Below are positions 19,936-30,141 of a DNA stretch of 34,980 nt, piece by piece; within the stretch, counting starts at the first letter, position 1, and each line of letters starts with the position of its first letter. The notes under the pieces are model-generated. The model had not been told where the DNA came from. It worked only from the letters and a program-made list of their open reading frames with translations, and made no database searches. The DNA comes from an uncultured Gammaproteobacteria bacterium (GTDB lineage: Bacteria > Patescibacteriota > Patescibacteriia > Magasanikbacterales > UBA922), in assembly GCA_964498735.1 (NCBI GenBank), contig CAZCHJ010000001.1, positions 6,034-41,013 on the forward strand, written 5' to 3'. The translations under genes were made by a program, and so were the position numbers.

Positions 19936-20754
19936 TTAGGCTTTTTTTGAATCCATTCGTCTCTTAATTTGCCAGTACAGCATACCATAATAGACCGACC
20001 TCTCCAATACTACCTGCCAACCATACCTACTCATCCATAAACCATTTTTCAGCTGCCCCAAAGACATTTTTATAGGTTCGACCAGCACATAATACCAGAT
20101 ATTTTTTCTTATTTTTTGGGTATGCAGTAACCATGCATCGGGGGTAGTATTAAAGCATGAGAAACTTACTTCTTCGGGAAAGAAATAACCCACATGAATA
20201 GGTACCCATTGTCTAGTTTTTCTCATGAAATTCGACCACGCAATATTATTGTATGCTGGTCTATGATGAAGATACACATCAAGTTTTTTTATTTTTCCAT
20301 CAACTGAACCATTTTCATGTGGAATTCCACGATAGTGAAAATGGTCTCGTCTGACTAAACACATTTTTTGCAACCCTGGAAAAGTAATTACCTTTTTCCC
20401 ATTCCATAATTCCCATTTGAAAATCAAGGCATCTACCTCACTATCTTCAATACTATGCCTAATAGTCTCAAAATCTTCAGGATCCACATATTCATCTGCA
20501 TCAATTCGAAAAATCCAGTCACCCACAGCTTGTTCAAATGCAAATACCAGATGCGCTTCCATAATTCCCACATGATCGCGTATAAACACTTTATCAGTAT
20601 ATTTCTTTGCAATCTCTAATGTCCTATCATTACAAGGTCCATCATGTACCACGATAATTTCATCTACCAAACCCTGGATACTCTTGAGACATCTCTCAAT
20701 AACTTTCTCCTCGTGATATACAACTAAACAAGCTGAGATTTTTTTATCGTACAT
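19936..20754 (-). CDS. GT2 glycosyltransferase
   Basis: 272 aa. ISACLVVYHEEKVIERCL, IVVHDGPCNDRT and RIDADEYV (DxD). Confidence 0.8.
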   Translation of the reverse strand: MYDKKISACLVVYHEEKVIERCLKSIQGLVDEIIVVHDGPCNDRTLEIAKKYTDKVFIRDHVGIMEAHLVFAFEQAVGDWIFRIDADEYVDPEDFETIRHSIEDSEVDALIFKWELWNGKKVITFPGLQKMCLVRRDHFHYRGIPHENGSVDGKIKKLDVYLHHRPAYNNIAWSNFMRKTRQWVPIHVGYFFPEEVSFSCFNTTPDAWLLHTQKIRKNIWYYVLVEPIKMSLGQLKNGLWMSRYGWQVVLERSVYYGMLYWQIKRRMDSKKA

Positions 20755-22084
20755 ATGATTTCCATTTATGTTCTACAAAATCTCTTAGTTTGAAATAAAA
20801 TTTTCTAGGGAATAATACTATGAGACATAATCGGTCCATCACTGAAAGTGTTCCAAATTCCCACTTCAGACGTACTCTGTACTCTTGCTTATACTCTCTA
20901 ACCTCCTGTTCAGTTGGATGGTATGCGATACTCGCATATTCTTCAGGCACTAAAAAATCTTTGATGTTTATTTTTTCAAAGAATACTTTTTCCAATCTTT
21001 TGGTTACTTGTATAGGATCATACTCTGAACATATCTGCAGATATCCCGCCTCACCCATTTTTTTTGCTTCATTCTCGTTTTTACGAAGATATTCTAATGC
21101 ACGGGCAAATGTCATAGGAGTATTAGCAACAATCCCATTCTGCATATGAATTACCTGTTCAAGCTGTCCGTTATCTTTTCGTGGAGTAGAATTGACGAGT
21201 ACTGGCTTTTTCCAAAACATAGCTTCATTGATCGTATTCCCATTGCATTCACCAATTTTTGAGCTATGTGCAAGCACATCAATAGACTGATAAAACAAAT
21301 GGATATCACGCTGTTCACTTGTCTCAGGAAGTATGATAAAGAAATTTTTATATTTACTTTTATTAATTCTCCGTATTCGAGACTCTGGGCACCCAATAAT
21401 TACTATCTTAAAATCCTGTATTTTACGCACGAGATACGGCACCATATCAATCAGTAAATCGCTCCATTTTTCAAGCGCTGGGCGAGCAATTTTACCGATC
21501 AGATAGTCCCCTGATTTTGCACCTATTTTTTCTCGAAATTTTTCTATATTTTCTTTTGAAGCGCGATAGCTTTCAAATTCTTCCCGATCGACCAGGTTAT
21601 AAAAAACTTTTTGATTTTTAAAATTAAACTCTTTGTGTGATTTTGGTATGTACCGTTCATGAATATGCATCATGCTCTGAAATAATGAACAATCCAATAG
21701 TGCATCCACGCTCGGATCATATTTACCAAAAACATTTTTTTCAATAATAACAATGTTCGGATTGATCTCTTTTGCTCTTGATAATATTTTCTTCTCAATT
21801 GCCACATACCCGCCTGATCGGTGTATATGGATAATATCAATATTTTTTTCCTTAATAACCGTTGCTATTTTTTCGACATCACCATGAGCAACTACGCAAG
21901 TAATCCCCAAAGATTTAATAACATTCTCAAGCGGCCCACCATCACGGTATGCACACACCGTAACCGAAAAAATATCCTTTCTCAGATATTTTGCAAACGT
22001 AACCATGTTACGCTGTCCGCCAGCGTATTCTAGATTTGCATTGATTTCAAGTACATTTATTGTGCGTGGTATTCCTTGAGCCAT
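20744..22084 (-). CDS. GT-B glycosyltransferase (GT4-like) with C-terminal extension
   Basis: 446 aa. N-terminal INVLEINANLEYAGGQRN, a degenerate E-x7-E (ECNGNTINEAMFWKKPVL) and a ~80 aa C-terminal tail with a hydrophobic segment. The start overlaps the asnB-like gene by 28 nt. Confidence 0.7.
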   Translation of the reverse strand: MAQGIPRTINVLEINANLEYAGGQRNMVTFAKYLRKDIFSVTVCAYRDGGPLENVIKSLGITCVVAHGDVEKIATVIKEKNIDIIHIHRSGGYVAIEKKILSRAKEINPNIVIIEKNVFGKYDPSVDALLDCSLFQSMMHIHERYIPKSHKEFNFKNQKVFYNLVDREEFESYRASKENIEKFREKIGAKSGDYLIGKIARPALEKWSDLLIDMVPYLVRKIQDFKIVIIGCPESRIRRINKSKYKNFFIILPETSEQRDIHLFYQSIDVLAHSSKIGECNGNTINEAMFWKKPVLVNSTPRKDNGQLEQVIHMQNGIVANTPMTFARALEYLRKNENEAKKMGEAGYLQICSEYDPIQVTKRLEKVFFEKINIKDFLVPEEYASIAYHPTEQEVREYKQEYRVRLKWEFGTLSVMDRLCLIVLFPRKFYFKLRDFVEHKWKSYVR

Positions 22085-23937
22085 AATTCAAGCATAAGTA
22101 GTGACCAAAGATGGTTACTATAATCTGCATTCTGTGCGAGATGCTGTGACCATACATGGGAAATTGTTTTTTTGGAAAAATATTTTTGTATCTCAGAATT
22201 TTCACTTAACAGCACATCTTCAATAAGATTCTTCATTTCTTTTTTAATAAGTTCGTGTAATGGAATACCGAATCCAGCTTTTGGTCGACCAATAATACTT
22301 TCGGGGATCTTATCTTTCATTACTTCCTTCCAGATATACTTACCTTCTTTATTTCTAATCTTCAAGTCACTTGGCATTGAAAGTGCAGATTCTACCAGTC
22401 TGACATCAAGAAAAGGTGGTCGTGTTTCAATTGCATATGCCATTGAACTAAAATCAACCTTGGCAAGATATCCATCTGGTAAACGCCCTCGAATATCTGC
22501 AAGCATTGCATTGTTTACACTATCCGCATTCACGCTTGAAAACCATCTTTTCATGTACTCTGAAGCAAGATTTTGATCAATTTTTTTTCTTAATTCAGGA
22601 AGATATATGTCATCCTTGGTAATATAACGATGACTGATCGGTAGCGAATTCTTCCACATGCTGTAGTACTCTGTATATATTTTTTCAAATGTTTCCGCAG
22701 TCATTTCAGCTTTATATGAAAGTGCATTATTAACACGTACAAGCCTTGCTATTGCTTTTCTTATACCGCTTGGAATACGGCCGAGGAGACCGAATCTGTG
22801 AATTTGCGCATACGAACTATATCCCCCAAATAATTCATCTCCACCATCCCCACTCAAAACAACGGTAACCTTTTTTTTCATCACCTCACTGATCATGAGG
22901 GTGGGTAGTGCTGCTTGATCAAAAAAAGGTTCATCGTAATGTTTACTCAAACGAGAAATATATGAAGTAAAGTCCACATCAGAGAGATTCACTGAGTGGT
23001 GGTTGGTATCGAAGTATCGAGCTGCAATGTCAGCGTACTTTTCATCCTCGCTCACACCCCCAAGACTGATCACAAACGTATCAAGTTTCCTCTGAGTTGC
23101 TTCACTTGCTGCAGCAATAATTGATGTGGAATCAAGTCCACCGCTCAAAAGCGCACCCAACGGAACATCACTCATGAGACGTTTTTTTACTGAACTAACA
23201 AATAAATTCCATGACTCCTTCTTCCACTCAACCAAATTTCTATCGTTCCGCACCTTAATTTTTTCTGGAAACCAATATTGTACTATCTCAACTTTTCCCT
23301 GCTTCCAGACCAGATAGTGACCTGCGGGAAGCTTTTTGATATGTATAAAACCAGTATGAGGAGCGGGCACGTATCTAAAGCTTAATGCCAAATCAATCGC
23401 ACTCCAATCGATTTCTCGTGGTACTGATGGATCTTTCAGTATTGCTTTGACTTCTGATGCAAAAATAAATTTCTCGCTATCAGTATAGTATTTCAAGGGT
23501 TTTTCTCCTACATGATCGCGAGCGACAAATAATTCTTTCTTATACTCATCCCAAATTCCAAATGAAAACATTCCATTCAATTTTTCTACACATGCCCTAC
23601 CCCACACCGCATATGCCTGTAGTAATACTTCAGTATCACTCTTGGTATGAAATATCACACCTTGTTTCTCGAGCTCAGTCTTCAATTCGAGATAATTATA
23701 AATTTCACCATTAAACGTTATACTATAACGTCCATCTTTTGTCTGCATGGGTTGGTTCCCGTCTGAGGAAATATCAATGATTGCCAATCTTTGATGACCG
23801 AGCAAAACTTTTTTATCTGAAGAAATCCACGTACCACGATTCTCAGGTCCACGATGTCTAATTGTCTCTAGCATATCCAAAAGCAACGACTCGTCTACCT
23901 GCTTTTGCATATATACTACCCCAACAATTCCACACAT
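22057..23937 (-). CDS. Glutamine-dependent amidotransferase, asparagine synthase B family (WbpS-like sugar amidotransferase candidate)
   Basis: 626 aa. MCGIVG (Cys2 nucleophile), HRGPEN, RLAIIDISSDGNQPM, NGEIYNY and PP-loop LSGGLDSTS. Confidence 0.85.
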   Translation of the reverse strand: MCGIVGVVYMQKQVDESLLLDMLETIRHRGPENRGTWISSDKKVLLGHQRLAIIDISSDGNQPMQTKDGRYSITFNGEIYNYLELKTELEKQGVIFHTKSDTEVLLQAYAVWGRACVEKLNGMFSFGIWDEYKKELFVARDHVGEKPLKYYTDSEKFIFASEVKAILKDPSVPREIDWSAIDLALSFRYVPAPHTGFIHIKKLPAGHYLVWKQGKVEIVQYWFPEKIKVRNDRNLVEWKKESWNLFVSSVKKRLMSDVPLGALLSGGLDSTSIIAAASEATQRKLDTFVISLGGVSEDEKYADIAARYFDTNHHSVNLSDVDFTSYISRLSKHYDEPFFDQAALPTLMISEVMKKKVTVVLSGDGGDELFGGYSSYAQIHRFGLLGRIPSGIRKAIARLVRVNNALSYKAEMTAETFEKIYTEYYSMWKNSLPISHRYITKDDIYLPELRKKIDQNLASEYMKRWFSSVNADSVNNAMLADIRGRLPDGYLAKVDFSSMAYAIETRPPFLDVRLVESALSMPSDLKIRNKEGKYIWKEVMKDKIPESIIGRPKAGFGIPLHELIKKEMKNLIEDVLLSENSEIQKYFSKKTISHVWSQHLAQNADYSNHLWSLLMLELWLKEYHAQ

Positions 23938-23940
23938 ATA

Positions 23941-25770
23941 TTATTTCTGATATATAACGTATTTCTCCGTATCAGTAGCAGCTCTAAATTCTTGTTGACG
24001 ATATTCATTGATCACACGCATAAAGCGGGTATCAGTGAGATATGGTTCAGGCACTCCAAAAAAATGAAGTTCTTTTGGATAAATCATAATATTAGTCGAC
24101 AAAGCTTTCATTCTTTCGACTAATATATACTCTTTACTATACGCCATATAGTAAGCAGGAATCAAGACTATGGGTCGAGAGTTGAGTATGTAGTATAGAC
24201 TAAATGTGTCATCGTATATATATATCTGTCTACCATTAACTTGCTGGTTGAGCTTCTCCAGATCAGAGACTAGTTTTTCGTCGCACCATTCGAATCCAGC
24301 AAATTTTAATTTTTCTCCCACAAACGTATCTGCACATAACACGAGCCCTTCATGTTTCTTTTGTTTCTCATAGTTCGTCGACAAATCTCTAGCGACATAA
24401 TAAAAAGAATGAAGACTAGAAATCATAATCAGGGTAAAAAATACACTGCTTACTCGTACAATATTTTTAGTCGCTCTCCCTCTAAAATGTAGGAGCAATA
24501 ACACAATGAACACTAGTACCGTACTTGCGATCCCGATTCGCCCGATCCCTGCATCTCCAAAATTCTGTCTAAAATACAGCGCATACGAAATAGCTAGTCC
24601 AATCAATAACCGATATGGAGTGTACATCAAATGTTCTTTCCGATACGAAAGTACGATAAAAATAAGAATACTCCCTAATGCTATAATTGGCAGATAATAT
24701 ATAAGACAATATGCACACATCTTCATCAACGTACCTAACCCATGTGAAAGAGAGATATCAAAAATATTAAAATATGGTGTAGTATTTGCGTATCCGGAAT
24801 AGAAAAAAATTGAAGATATTTGATTTTTTAATATATAAAAATACTGGAATCCTGTAAGGATACTCATGAACATGATCGCCACCAATGGTGTGCATAAGAA
24901 CGGCACAAGGTCGTTAATTCTTCTTCGCTCATACCACGCTATTCCTAGATATAACACGTATATTGTATAGCCGATAACCAAAACATCAGCAGATGAAAAA
25001 AATAATATTCCAATGTTACATAATACCAACAATACAACCCTGTATGCGGACTTTATATGCATACGATTGATCAGATATTCCAACACGATCGGAATCAGTG
25101 CAGGTAAGAGAAACCTCAAAAAATTTCGATGAAGTGAGGGGGAAATAAGTGGCTGAACGAAGAAGACAAGAAACCCAAAAAAAGTAATCATTCTGGTGCG
25201 TATTTTTTTTACTATCATGCTTATTGCCCAATATCCACAAATTAGAGCTAGTGTATTTAAAATAATTTTATACCCAATCAGGTTTAGTCCAAGTGAACTA
25301 AATAAATTAAGCATTATTAAATTCCCAATTGAGTACGGATAGATAATATCAAAATGGCCATTTTTTAATTCTAGTAATGCTGAAAGATTGTAGAACTCTT
25401 CACTATGTAGCGTAGATTGGTCAAAAATTCTCTCTCGAAAAAATAGTGCGAGTATACTGAACACACCAATCGTCGCAATAACAATAATCCATTCATTTTT
25501 TGTAATTTTGTGATACACAGATTCCTTTTCCTTCAGTAATACTAATTTTGTATTATTCTTCTTATGGATATACGCAACAATACCTGCACCACATACCATA
25601 ATCAATAAATATACACTGTAGGACATGAGACTACGTGCAATTGAGTATCCTGTGGTTGACGTGAAAGAGAACACTCCTTCATTGATCGCCTCTACAGCAT
25701 CATGGAAGGGAATCAGATGGATTATTGATACGGTAATAAATCCAAGAAGTTGTAATGCGAAGAATATCAT
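23941..25770 (-). CDS. Large polytopic membrane protein with C-terminal soluble domain (candidate Wzy-type polymerase or novel GT-C)
   Basis: 609 aa. About 12-14 hydrophobic helices over the first ~460 aa, then a ~140 aa hydrophilic C-terminus. I found no recognisable family motif. The function is suggested only by context (Wzx and PGT present, no other polymerase candidate). Confidence 0.35.
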   Translation of the reverse strand: MIFFALQLLGFITVSIIHLIPFHDAVEAINEGVFSFTSTTGYSIARSLMSYSVYLLIMVCGAGIVAYIHKKNNTKLVLLKEKESVYHKITKNEWIIVIATIGVFSILALFFRERIFDQSTLHSEEFYNLSALLELKNGHFDIIYPYSIGNLIMLNLFSSLGLNLIGYKIILNTLALICGYWAISMIVKKIRTRMITFFGFLVFFVQPLISPSLHRNFLRFLLPALIPIVLEYLINRMHIKSAYRVVLLVLCNIGILFFSSADVLVIGYTIYVLYLGIAWYERRRINDLVPFLCTPLVAIMFMSILTGFQYFYILKNQISSIFFYSGYANTTPYFNIFDISLSHGLGTLMKMCAYCLIYYLPIIALGSILIFIVLSYRKEHLMYTPYRLLIGLAISYALYFRQNFGDAGIGRIGIASTVLVFIVLLLLHFRGRATKNIVRVSSVFFTLIMISSLHSFYYVARDLSTNYEKQKKHEGLVLCADTFVGEKLKFAGFEWCDEKLVSDLEKLNQQVNGRQIYIYDDTFSLYYILNSRPIVLIPAYYMAYSKEYILVERMKALSTNIMIYPKELHFFGVPEPYLTDTRFMRVINEYRQQEFRAATDTEKYVIYQK

Positions 25771-26663
25771 ATACTCATGGTAGTTGAATCAACCGTTTTT
25801 TGTAATCCTTCACGCCAATCAGTCTCTGCCACCCACTTCAATTTTTGATTATGAGAAATATCTGCCTTTGATTCCATAATTTCATGATCCCTGTATGGTA
25901 TATGTCCCCACTCAAGCTTTGAGGTATTCTTTGTGGCCTTTTGTAAAAAAAGCACCGCTTCTTTTATTGAAACTGATTCACCGGTGCCTACTCCAAATTC
26001 TTCAAAATTTTCAAACGAATCAATATGCTGTACTGCAGACACAAACGCTTCTGCAGCGTCTTCTACATACACAAAATCACGTTTTTGTTCCCCTTTTGTT
26101 AATTCAATCAACGGTACGCCTGAATACAACTTCTGTATTAACCATGGAATAAATTTTTCAATATGGTCCCCTGGCCCATACATTTGTTCAATCCGCATAT
26201 TCACAAACTTTATCGAAGCCCCCGATATCATACTTTTAGCAATTTCAAGAAAAAATTTTTTGGTTGTAATATAACTCTTTTCTTTCGGTTTTAAACCCAA
26301 ATCTTGATGAAAAAAGGTATCTGCATTAATGAATCCTTCGCAGCCATGGGCAATTGCTTTTTCGAGTATACGAATTGGTAACAACAAATTAGTTTCTATC
26401 ACATCTGCAAATGTTTCATGATCTCTTCCATAGCTCGTGGCAATATGTACCACACACTCAATACCTAATTTGAACTCTCGCACAACCTCTCTCTCAGACG
26501 TACACCATGTAATTTTTTTATTAAATTTAGTATCAAAAATCTTTGTTCGACTCTTTTTTCTAGTTAAAGCTACAACATGATAACCAGAACTAATTAAGAG
26601 CGGTACGAGATACTTCCCTAAAAATCCAGTTGCACCCGTAATAAAAATACGTTTTGGAGACAT
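25767..26663 (-). CDS. NAD(P)-dependent sugar epimerase/4-ketoreductase (extended SDR)
   Basis: 298 aa. IFITGATGFLGKY Rossmann motif and YITTK (YxxxK). The size is similar to NDP-4-keto-sugar reductases. ATGA overlap with the downstream gene. Confidence 0.7.
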   Translation of the reverse strand: MSPKRIFITGATGFLGKYLVPLLISSGYHVVALTRKKSRTKIFDTKFNKKITWCTSEREVVREFKLGIECVVHIATSYGRDHETFADVIETNLLLPIRILEKAIAHGCEGFINADTFFHQDLGLKPKEKSYITTKKFFLEIAKSMISGASIKFVNMRIEQMYGPGDHIEKFIPWLIQKLYSGVPLIELTKGEQKRDFVYVEDAAEAFVSAVQHIDSFENFEEFGVGTGESVSIKEAVLFLQKATKNTSKLEWGHIPYRDHEIMESKADISHNQKLKWVAETDWREGLQKTVDSTTMSI

Positions 26664-26673
26664 ATCTGAATTT

Positions 26674-27378
26674 TTATAGTTTTGTAAACTTATACTTAAT
26701 TAAATTCCAAAAAAACTCAAAGCATGTACTAAAACGTACATTTGATTTCCCAAACTTACGAGGTAAAAATGTAATTGGCAATTCCTTTACCCCTGAAGGA
26801 GTAATCAGTTTTGTTGCTTTTATCATGATTTCAGCATCAATAAACCAGTCATCTGAAACTAAGGGATTTAATTTTTTAAAAAAATCTATTCGAAATAACT
26901 TTGGTCCAGAATTAATATCACGTGTATATATTCCATATAAAACTCGGAATAAAAGTTGATATAGTTTACTCACCCACAATCTGAATGCCCCATCATATCG
27001 CTTTACTCGATATGTTTTCACAATTTCCACTTTTTGATCCTCAACAAAAGCTTGTATCATTTTCTCAACAATCGCAGCATCAAATTGATTATCACCCCAC
27101 ATATAGCCGACGATATCTCCCTGAAGGAGTCCTAATCCAGTGCGAATCCCATAACCGTATCCCTTATTTTCTGGGATGGTGTGATGGCGTACAAACGAAT
27201 ATTCTGACTCAACTTTTTTTATAACATCTGGTGTATTATCTTTAGAACCATTATCAATAATCATGACCTTAAGTTCAATTGGTACCAGACGTGCTCGAAC
27301 TTCTGATAACGTTCGCAGTACCAGAGGAATATTTCGAGCTTCATTGTAAGATAGAATAGCTATTTCAACACAGAGCAT
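26674..27378 (-). CDS. GT2 glycosyltransferase, Dpm1/GtrB/ArnC-like polyprenyl-phosphate sugar synthase candidate
   Basis: Trimmed from 27531 to the ATG at 27378 (MLCVEIAILSYNEARNIP). IIDNGSKDNT, ENKGYGYGIRTG and the acidic GDNQFD motif. There is a 1-nt gap to the upstream stop. Confidence 0.75.
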   Translation of the reverse strand: MLCVEIAILSYNEARNIPLVLRTLSEVRARLVPIELKVMIIDNGSKDNTPDVIKKVESEYSFVRHHTIPENKGYGYGIRTGLGLLQGDIVGYMWGDNQFDAAIVEKMIQAFVEDQKVEIVKTYRVKRYDGAFRLWVSKLYQLLFRVLYGIYTRDINSGPKLFRIDFFKKLNPLVSDDWFIDAEIMIKATKLITPSGVKELPITFLPRKFGKSNVRFSTCFEFFWNLIKYKFTKL

Positions 27379-27379
27379 A

Positions 27380-28039
27380 CTATGGTTTTGGTTTTGCTGT
27401 GAAGATAAACTGTACGGCACATAATTCTGGAAACATAAATAATACTCGTCGTCCAAAATGCGCTGCTCGACGTAAAAATCGTTCGATATATCCAGCAGAA
27501 GGACGATCAAGAAGTATTTCAAATCCAGCACCCTCGATCATTTCTCGCATAGTTTTTCTGGTGAAAAATACCATATGAGTTCGATCCATAATCCCTGAAT
27601 CAGTCATATCCCACTTACCCCACAACAATTGCCAACGAATCGAATAATGTGCAACATTGGGTAAGGAAATCACACACGTACCTTCTGGTTTCAGATATTT
27701 TCTCAAATTCTTGAGTACCTCATGTGGATGAGTCATATGTTCAAGAACATCTCCGAGTAAGATATGATCGAACTGTTGACCATCTAGGTCATTATCACGA
27801 ATAATTTCCTCTCCAGTTTTATTAAATAATTTAGCATACCCGATCGGCAATGCGTCATCATACAATTCTTTCACTGGTTCAATTCCCCACACTTCACATT
27901 CTTTTTCATGAATCAAGTACTCCCCCAAATAACCACTCGCGGTACCTACCTCAAGTACTTTAGTTTTTTCGTTTATCTGATTTAACAGTAGCATGTGGGT
28001 ATTTACCGGATTTGGGTCAAATCTATAATTTCTTTTCAT
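27380..28039 (-). CDS. Class I SAM-dependent methyltransferase
   Basis: Trimmed to the ATG at 28039 (MKRNYRFDPNPV...). Motif I VLEVGTASGYLG, FDHILLGDVLEHM and PEGTCVISLPN. A 17-nt overlap with the upstream gene remains. Confidence 0.75.
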   Translation of the reverse strand: MKRNYRFDPNPVNTHMLLLNQINEKTKVLEVGTASGYLGEYLIHEKECEVWGIEPVKELYDDALPIGYAKLFNKTGEEIIRDNDLDGQQFDHILLGDVLEHMTHPHEVLKNLRKYLKPEGTCVISLPNVAHYSIRWQLLWGKWDMTDSGIMDRTHMVFFTRKTMREMIEGAGFEILLDRPSAGYIERFLRRAAHFGRRVLFMFPELCAVQFIFTAKPKP

Positions 28040-28826
28040 AGAAAAATTGCGATATTTTAAGCGGAAATAACAGAATAAAATTTTTAAGTGACTCCAATAC
28101 ACCCATTTCTTTCACATATTTTCCTGGATTTTCTTCAAATACTTCAGGAATTTTTTCTTCAATTTTTTTACCAATCAAGAAATAAGTTAATCTTCTCTTG
28201 AACTTTCTGCTTGATCCAGAGCTATATTCCTGATCATCGATTGAGGATCTCCTCAGGTGAGAAAGATGCCAAAATTTTTCTTGTAAAAAAACAACTTTTT
28301 CTTTTTCAAATACCTTTCTTCCTTCATTATCACATATGGCATCATGATTATATGAACCGCTCCAATGTAATCCTTTATTATTTTTGAAAAGACGTGGAGT
28401 TGCGTGTACAACTTTTCCTCGTAGCGTATAGGCTCCTTTTTTTGAATAATGATAGACATCTCCTACGCACAAATAGAATGGCGCAATAAAACATTCAGTA
28501 TCCTCCGTACTCATCACTCTCATTATCTCCTCCATACCTCGTCTAGACCATACCTCATCCCCATCAAGAATCATAAACCAATCACTCATTGTTCGTTCAA
28601 TCATTTCCTGTCTTAATTCTGTATGTCTTTTTTGGTCACATTCACCTTTTTCTTCAAAAATAATATTCGGATAATGTACCTGCAATTCTTTTATGATACT
28701 AACTGTTTTATCACTCGATCCTGTATCGAAGACTATAATTTTGTCTGCAAACGCAACAACAGAGGTGAGTGCATACCAAATATAATTTTCTTCATTTTTT
28801 ACAATACAGTGTACAGCAAGCTTCAT
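28023..28826 (-). CDS. GT2 glycosyltransferase
   Basis: 267 aa. LAVHCIVKNEENYI, IVFDTGSSDKT and ILDGDEVW (DxD). Overall similar in layout to the GT2 at 19936..20754. Confidence 0.8.
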   Translation of the reverse strand: MKLAVHCIVKNEENYIWYALTSVVAFADKIIVFDTGSSDKTVSIIKELQVHYPNIIFEEKGECDQKRHTELRQEMIERTMSDWFMILDGDEVWSRRGMEEIMRVMSTEDTECFIAPFYLCVGDVYHYSKKGAYTLRGKVVHATPRLFKNNKGLHWSGSYNHDAICDNEGRKVFEKEKVVFLQEKFWHLSHLRRSSIDDQEYSSGSSRKFKRRLTYFLIGKKIEEKIPEVFEENPGKYVKEMGVLESLKNFILLFPLKISQFFYEKKL

Positions 28827-28837
28827 ATTACTAGTTA

Positions 28838-30139
28838 CTAGCGTACGATAATTTCTTTATTCTTCAAAAGATAATATGCACATCCTATATTATAGAATAC
28901 TGCAACAATAATACCGAGCATGAATGTATAGCCGGCGCCTATAACTCCAAATCGCGGGATAAGGAGTATAGTACCAACCACATTCACTATCAATTGCACC
29001 ACACCAGAGAAAGCCATCATGTAGGTACGGTTATATACTGTAATTACTAATGAGAAAGGCACTGTTATTAGATTGAGTACTAGACTGTATGCTAATACTA
29101 GATACACTGACAATGACTCCGTGTACCCTTGTCCAAAAAAGAAGGTAATCAAATATTGAGAAGGAAATACCAGAATACTCAGTATCACTATTATTAACAA
29201 AATCCATTTGAGTGTACGTTTTAAAAATATTTTTACATCCGTTACTGACGCAAGACTGTTAATTCTCGGAGATAAAACTGCAGTAATTGATTGTGCGATA
29301 TACGGATAGAGCTGAATCAATTGATATGCAGCCGCGTAAATTGCAACCTCTTGGAGACCCAGGAATCTGCTAATCATTATCTGATCGACCCTGCTTGAAA
29401 CAATGGAAAATAAAGACCAAATGGTCAGCCACATACTAAATTTGGCAAGCTGTGCATGTATATTTTTTTTAACTTCCTGGTCGATTTCCACTTTAAGAAA
29501 ATTTTTTGGCAATACATGAAAGCTTGCAAAAAATAAAATCCACGGAACAAATATATAAACGGCGAGATAGAAGTATATATTATCCACACCAAACATCATG
29601 AGCACCGCGATCAGACCCAATCTAAGCGTTCCTTTGAGTGTCTGTAGTCCAGCATTATAGAAAAATCTCTGTGCTGCCTGTAAGTAAGTATTAATAAAAC
29701 CAAGAAAAATCACACCACCGACCCCAATAAAAGAAAAGATTAGATAACCAACCATTCCTTCTTGCTTTAGTAGCACGTGAGATAATGGGTAGGATAGCAT
29801 AATACCGCCACAGGTTATTATTGCTGCAATACTTACTCGCCATCTCCAGATTGTTTTTACCAATTGTTTTAATTTATCCAACTCTTTGTGTGCAATATAA
29901 AATGGTGCAAACCGGAGTAGCCCCCCATTCAACCCCAGGTCAGACATTTCAGAAACAGTACTAAGAACTAAAATAGAAAGCGTAAAAACAGCGAACCATT
30001 CTTTTGAAAAATTTCGTCCCAAAATAACACTGATTAAAAATAATGATGCGCCGTTAACCAATGAACTTATGTACGTATACGTTGCATCTCGTAGATATTT
30101 TTTTTCTTTCAATTTTTTGATGTATGAAATAATACCCAT
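28838..30139 (-). CDS. wzx: Wzx-type oligosaccharide flippase (MOP/PST family)
   Basis: 433 aa with about 12 TM helices. The N-terminal basic segment followed by LVNGASLFLISVILGRNFSKEWFAVF is typical of polysaccharide-biosynthesis (PST) flippases. Confidence 0.75.
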   Translation of the reverse strand: MGIISYIKKLKEKKYLRDATYTYISSLVNGASLFLISVILGRNFSKEWFAVFTLSILVLSTVSEMSDLGLNGGLLRFAPFYIAHKELDKLKQLVKTIWRWRVSIAAIITCGGIMLSYPLSHVLLKQEGMVGYLIFSFIGVGGVIFLGFINTYLQAAQRFFYNAGLQTLKGTLRLGLIAVLMMFGVDNIYFYLAVYIFVPWILFFASFHVLPKNFLKVEIDQEVKKNIHAQLAKFSMWLTIWSLFSIVSSRVDQIMISRFLGLQEVAIYAAAYQLIQLYPYIAQSITAVLSPRINSLASVTDVKIFLKRTLKWILLIIVILSILVFPSQYLITFFFGQGYTESLSVYLVLAYSLVLNLITVPFSLVITVYNRTYMMAFSGVVQLIVNVVGTILLIPRFGVIGAGYTFMLGIIVAVFYNIGCAYYLLKNKEIIVR

Positions 30140-30141
30140 AT

